From Prevotella sp. (GTDB lineage Bacteria > Bacteroidota > Bacteroidia > Bacteroidales > Bacteroidaceae), in the NCBI GenBank assembly GCA_017423565.1, contig JAFPED010000047.1, positions 1 through 41,491 of the forward strand: DNA of 41,491 nucleotides, given 5' to 3'. Shown here one piece after another: positions 39,401 through 41,491 of the stretch. Within the stretch, counting starts at the first letter, position 1; every line of letters starts with the position of its first letter. The position numbers were made by a program, and so were the translations under genes. The notes beneath the pieces were generated by a model. It ran no database searches and was not told the DNA's origin. It saw only the letters and a program-made list of their open reading frames with translations.

Positions 39401-39619
39401 AGTATGAAGAGACGAACCGCCACACTTCTCCTTTTCAACTTTCTCCTTCTCCTTGATGGAAGTGGCAAGGTCAGCCAATTTACATTCAGAACGACTGGTG
39501 CACGAAGCACAATCGTTCTCTGCCTTCACGATAGGCTCATCCTTGTCACCCCACGAGAGCAGGGCGGCAACCACACCAAGAGCGATGATAGAACCTATGA
39601 TAATGAGGGCAAATGTCAT
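36488..39619 (-). CDS. porW: T9SS periplasmic TPR lipoprotein PorW/SprE with N-terminal Cys-rich membrane extension
   Basis: RYNIYYNG, KAIRRHSI, TPR repeats, WYFYNP...F...WGKRENVDNW; adjacent to porX. Confidence 0.82.
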   Translation of the reverse strand: MTFALIIIGSIIALGVVAALLSWGDKDEPIVKAENDCASCTSRSECKLADLATSIKEKEKVEKEKCGGSSLHTPLSTLLFIGVLTLLVSCASKQNTAKSRFFHAFHARYNIYYNGSQAFIEGSQEQEKGHHDNFTELIPLYPVADKNTRNIGSSHFDRAIEKSEKAIRRHSIKRKPEWPQGRRKTPRDIEWLSRREYNPFIWKAWLLLGKSQFQKGQFEEAAATFSYMSRLYQTRPHINGIARAWLTKSYTELGWIYEAGDVLRQMQRDSMDFRAVKDWDYARADYYIRNGQYEEAVPFLRQVIKHERRRTQRAREWFLMGQLQARLGHRDEAYRAFRKVSRMNPPYELDFNARIASTEVMAKGQSKKMISKLRRMAASDNNKDYLDQVYYAIGNIYLSENDTIHAIEAYETGNKKATRSGIEKGVLLLNLGNLYWQTEKYSDARRCYGEAIGLLDRERPDYEQLSRRSVILDELVPHTEAVHLQDSLQALARMPEAERLAAIDRVIEELKKKEREERLAREEAEAEQAIAAQATDGRLPATTTPATPTSPQQSGLWYFYNPQAVSQGKQSFERQWGKRENVDNWQRTNRTVVRMDDVEALADSMDLPTDSILANDVTPQDDNTPTDSAALDPHQREYYLAQIPFTEEQMAASNALLSDGLMNAGVIFKDKLDNLRSSERFLLRLTSNFPDYTRNDEAWYHLFLLYSRQGRHQKAQECLKRMQQDFPESQWTILLSDPYFEENARFGVHIEDSLYAATYNAFQAERVQEVMGNARISMERFPQGAHRPKFLFIEGLTLLNAGQADSCLVRMREVVEKYPDSEVSSIAGMIVRGVQEGRRLHGGHFDMGDVWSRRDAVMNERDSTAIDTLSIERNTRFNFVLAYRPDSINGNQLLYELARYNFTNYLVRNFEIEVEHGDGVSRMVVKGFLSYDEVRQYVHMLYADPQMKDRLQGCRHLMISDENLQKLGISFSYNDYDEFYERELAPLDISNDPLLSDPENIVEDPDDAEGTDTPTTPDDQWDPFAPDSPNNNGYIEFDEDFYR

Positions 39620-39625
39620 ACTATC

Positions 39626-40879
39626 TTATGCCGGAACAATTTCGAAACCTGCCTGACGCAAGTCATCCCAATAACGAGGATAGGACTTGCTGACTACACC
39701 TGGATTATTGATCTTCAAACCATCAATACGGAAGGCTGCCGGAGCAAAGGATAAAGCCATACGATGATCTTCGTAGGTATTGATGCCTTCTTCTAATGAA
39801 GGCTCACACCGTTCTCCACTCCATATCAGTTCTGTGCCGTCACCTTCACGCAGGACATAGCCTAACTTGCGCATCTCGAAAATAAGAGCATTGATGCGAT
39901 CAGTCTCTTTTATCTTCAGCGTAGAAAGACCACGGAAGTGGAAAGGAACACCCATCACAGCACAACAGACCACAAAGGTCTGAGCCAAATCAGGAGAATT
40001 CACAAAATCATACTCCAGTCGAGGCACTCCCCTGCCACTACGGCGCAATGTTACCGTGGTCGGCTTGCCTGCCTCCGTAGTGTCAAACGATGTCTTTACA
40101 CCTAATAAACTGAAGATATAACGTACAGAGGAATCGCCCTGACGTGAACCATCAACCAAGCCCTCTAAACGTATTTCATCGTCTTCATTCTGCGACAGTG
40201 CCATCATCTCATACCAGTAGGATGCTGCACTCCAGTCATTCTCAATGTAATAATCACACACCTGATAGGGAGTCGGACTAACCTGTATCGTGTCTATATC
40301 GCTCCACTCTGCCTTGGCACCATACTGATGCATGACCGAAAGCGTAAGGTCTATATATGGACGAGAAATAATATTGCCTGTCAGACGCAGTGTCAAACCA
40401 TTCTCCAACGTGGGACCTATCATGAGTAAAGCAGAGATATATTGCGAACTGACATTGCCAGGCATCTCCAACATGCCACCCTTCAAACGGCAACCTGTTA
40501 CGCGAAGTGGGGGGTAGCCCGTCTCACCTAAATAATCTATATCAGCCCCCAGATAACGAAGAGCATCCACCAATAACTTGATAGGACGATGCTTCATGCG
40601 CTCAGTGCCTGTCAGCACGTGGCTATGACCTTCAAGAACACTAAGATAAGCCGTCATAAAACGCATGGCTGTTCCGCCAGCCTTGATGTCGATGGTTTCC
40701 GGCATCTCGCTTAAAGCACGTATAATGACTGCCGTGTCGTCACAGTCACTCAGATTCTTTGGAAGTATCTTACTACCTGATAAGGCATGAATAATCAGTG
40801 CACGGTTCGAAATGCTTTTCGATGCAGGTAACTTAATGGTTTGCCGCAACAAACCAGGGGCTTTGATGGTATATTGCAT
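39626..40879 (-). CDS. aroA: 3-phosphoshikimate 1-carboxyvinyltransferase (EPSP synthase)
   Basis: PASKSISNR, GTAMRF, SSQYISAL, KETDR, EDHRMA, KSYP. Confidence 0.96.
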   Translation of the reverse strand: MQYTIKAPGLLRQTIKLPASKSISNRALIIHALSGSKILPKNLSDCDDTAVIIRALSEMPETIDIKAGGTAMRFMTAYLSVLEGHSHVLTGTERMKHRPIKLLVDALRYLGADIDYLGETGYPPLRVTGCRLKGGMLEMPGNVSSQYISALLMIGPTLENGLTLRLTGNIISRPYIDLTLSVMHQYGAKAEWSDIDTIQVSPTPYQVCDYYIENDWSAASYWYEMMALSQNEDDEIRLEGLVDGSRQGDSSVRYIFSLLGVKTSFDTTEAGKPTTVTLRRSGRGVPRLEYDFVNSPDLAQTFVVCCAVMGVPFHFRGLSTLKIKETDRINALIFEMRKLGYVLREGDGTELIWSGERCEPSLEEGINTYEDHRMALSFAPAAFRIDGLKINNPGVVSKSYPRYWDDLRQAGFEIVPA

Positions 40880-40913
40880 ATCGTCTTACACATTATTTAT
40901 ATATAATAACTTG

Positions 40914-40921
40914 CAAATATA
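40914..40921 (-). promoter_or_regulatory. -7 promoter element for the aroA-porW-porX-tsaE operon (TATATTTG)
   Basis: Minus-strand TAnnTTTG 34 nt upstream of the aroA ATG. Confidence 0.55.
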
Positions 40922-41002
40922 CAAATTATTTTAATAAGCAGCCAAGGAAATAGCATAAATAACAAAAATTATCATTGTTTTACCGAAAAAGTATGGCAAA
41001 AA

Positions 41003-41034
41003 TTTGGATGATTCAGAAAAACGTCGTACCTTTG
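41003..41034 (+). promoter_or_regulatory. tRNA-Pro promoter (TTTG-N20-TACCTTTG)
   Basis: Both consensus elements. Confidence 0.8.
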
Positions 41035-41058
41035 CAACCGCTTTTAAGAGCAAAGGAT

Positions 41059-41131
41059 CGGGATTTAGCGCAGTTGGTAGCGCACACGTCTGGGGGGCGC
41101 GAGGTCGCTGGTTCGAGTCCAGTAATCCCGA
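41059..41131 (+). tRNA. tRNA-Pro (anticodon GGG)
   Basis: Acceptor CGGGATT/AATCCCG, D arm GCGC/GCGC, loop CTGGGGG with GGG at 41092-41094, T arm GCTGG-TTCGAGT-CCAGT. Confidence 0.93.
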
Positions 41132-41139
41132 CTAAAGGA

Positions 41140-41178
41140 AAAGGAGTTGGAAACCAATTGGTTACAACTCCTTTCTTT
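41140..41178 (+). terminator. Hairpin/terminator after tRNA-Pro
   Basis: aaaggagttg...caactccttt stem with inner aaccaattggtt palindrome, then cttt. Confidence 0.7.
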
Positions 41179-41311
41179 ATGCCCGACAGCTTACTCCATT
41201 GCTAAGCATTTCTACCTTATCAATATCTCTCTTGGAACATATCGCTGCATGTCTAATAATAAAAACACTTAAAACTACCCCCGGGAATTGCTGTTATTGG
41301 TTAATAATCAG

Positions 41312-41319
41312 TATATTTG
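41312..41319 (+). promoter_or_regulatory. -7 promoter element (TATATTTG)
   Basis: TAnnTTTG 53 nt upstream of ATG 41373. Confidence 0.5.
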
Positions 41320-41372
41320 CAGCGATTATATATAACCTATGTCAAATAGATTCAGACAAAAACTATAAGGCA

Positions 41373-41491
41373 ATGAAAAAGGTAATCATTCTTTTGATGA
41401 CAGTTATGAGTACATTACAACTACAGGCACAGGACGAGAACTTCTGGATCTTCCTATGCTTCGGACAGTCGAACATGGCAGGACAGGCGCC
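41373..41491 (+). CDS. Secreted SGNH esterase (sialate O-acetylesterase/CE6-like), 5' part only
   Basis: MKKVIILLMTVMSTLQLQAQ signal peptide then FWIFLCFGQSNMAGQA; runs off the window. Confidence 0.8.
   Translation, partial: MKKVIILLMTVMSTLQLQAQDENFWIFLCFGQSNMAGQA

Noticed and set aside
1-41491. CRISPR array, IS/transposase, integrase, prophage, rRNA
   Set aside because: No regularly spaced repeats or corresponding ORFs and motifs found

Overview
A 41.5 kb chromosomal window from a Bacteroidota genome, probably Prevotella-like. This rests on TTTG-N19-21-TAnnTTTG promoters, the T9SS genes porX/porW and the psd-pssA/dnaE-trxA gene order. The left end carries housekeeping genes: a lipoprotein, DUF1599, an in-frame DoxX/MauE-membrane-protein-TPI fusion, a SPOR protein, folE and tRNA-Lys. 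Directly after tRNA-Lys is a ~21 kb, 22-gene co-oriented type II PKS/FAS cluster (5568-26592) related to aryl-polyene/flexirubin clusters. It encodes 3 KS proteins (2 fused to CLF-like domains), 3 ACPs, 2 dehydratases, a thioesterase, a methyltransferase, 3 acyltransferase domains, GT2, an SMR flippase, LolA, MMPL, twin CrtI/RetSat-like oxidoreductases, a secreted esterase and an acyl-adenylating enzyme. No ammonia-lyase or DarA/DarB gene is visible. The right side carries birA, pyrH, pssA, psd, dnaE, trxA, tsaE, porX, porW (with an unusual N-terminal extension), aroA, tRNA-Pro and the start of an SGNH esterase. The psd-dnaE intergenic region holds a 25-bp perfect inverted repeat enclosing a 32-bp all-A/T palindrome. 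All family assignments come from motifs read by eye; no database searches were run.
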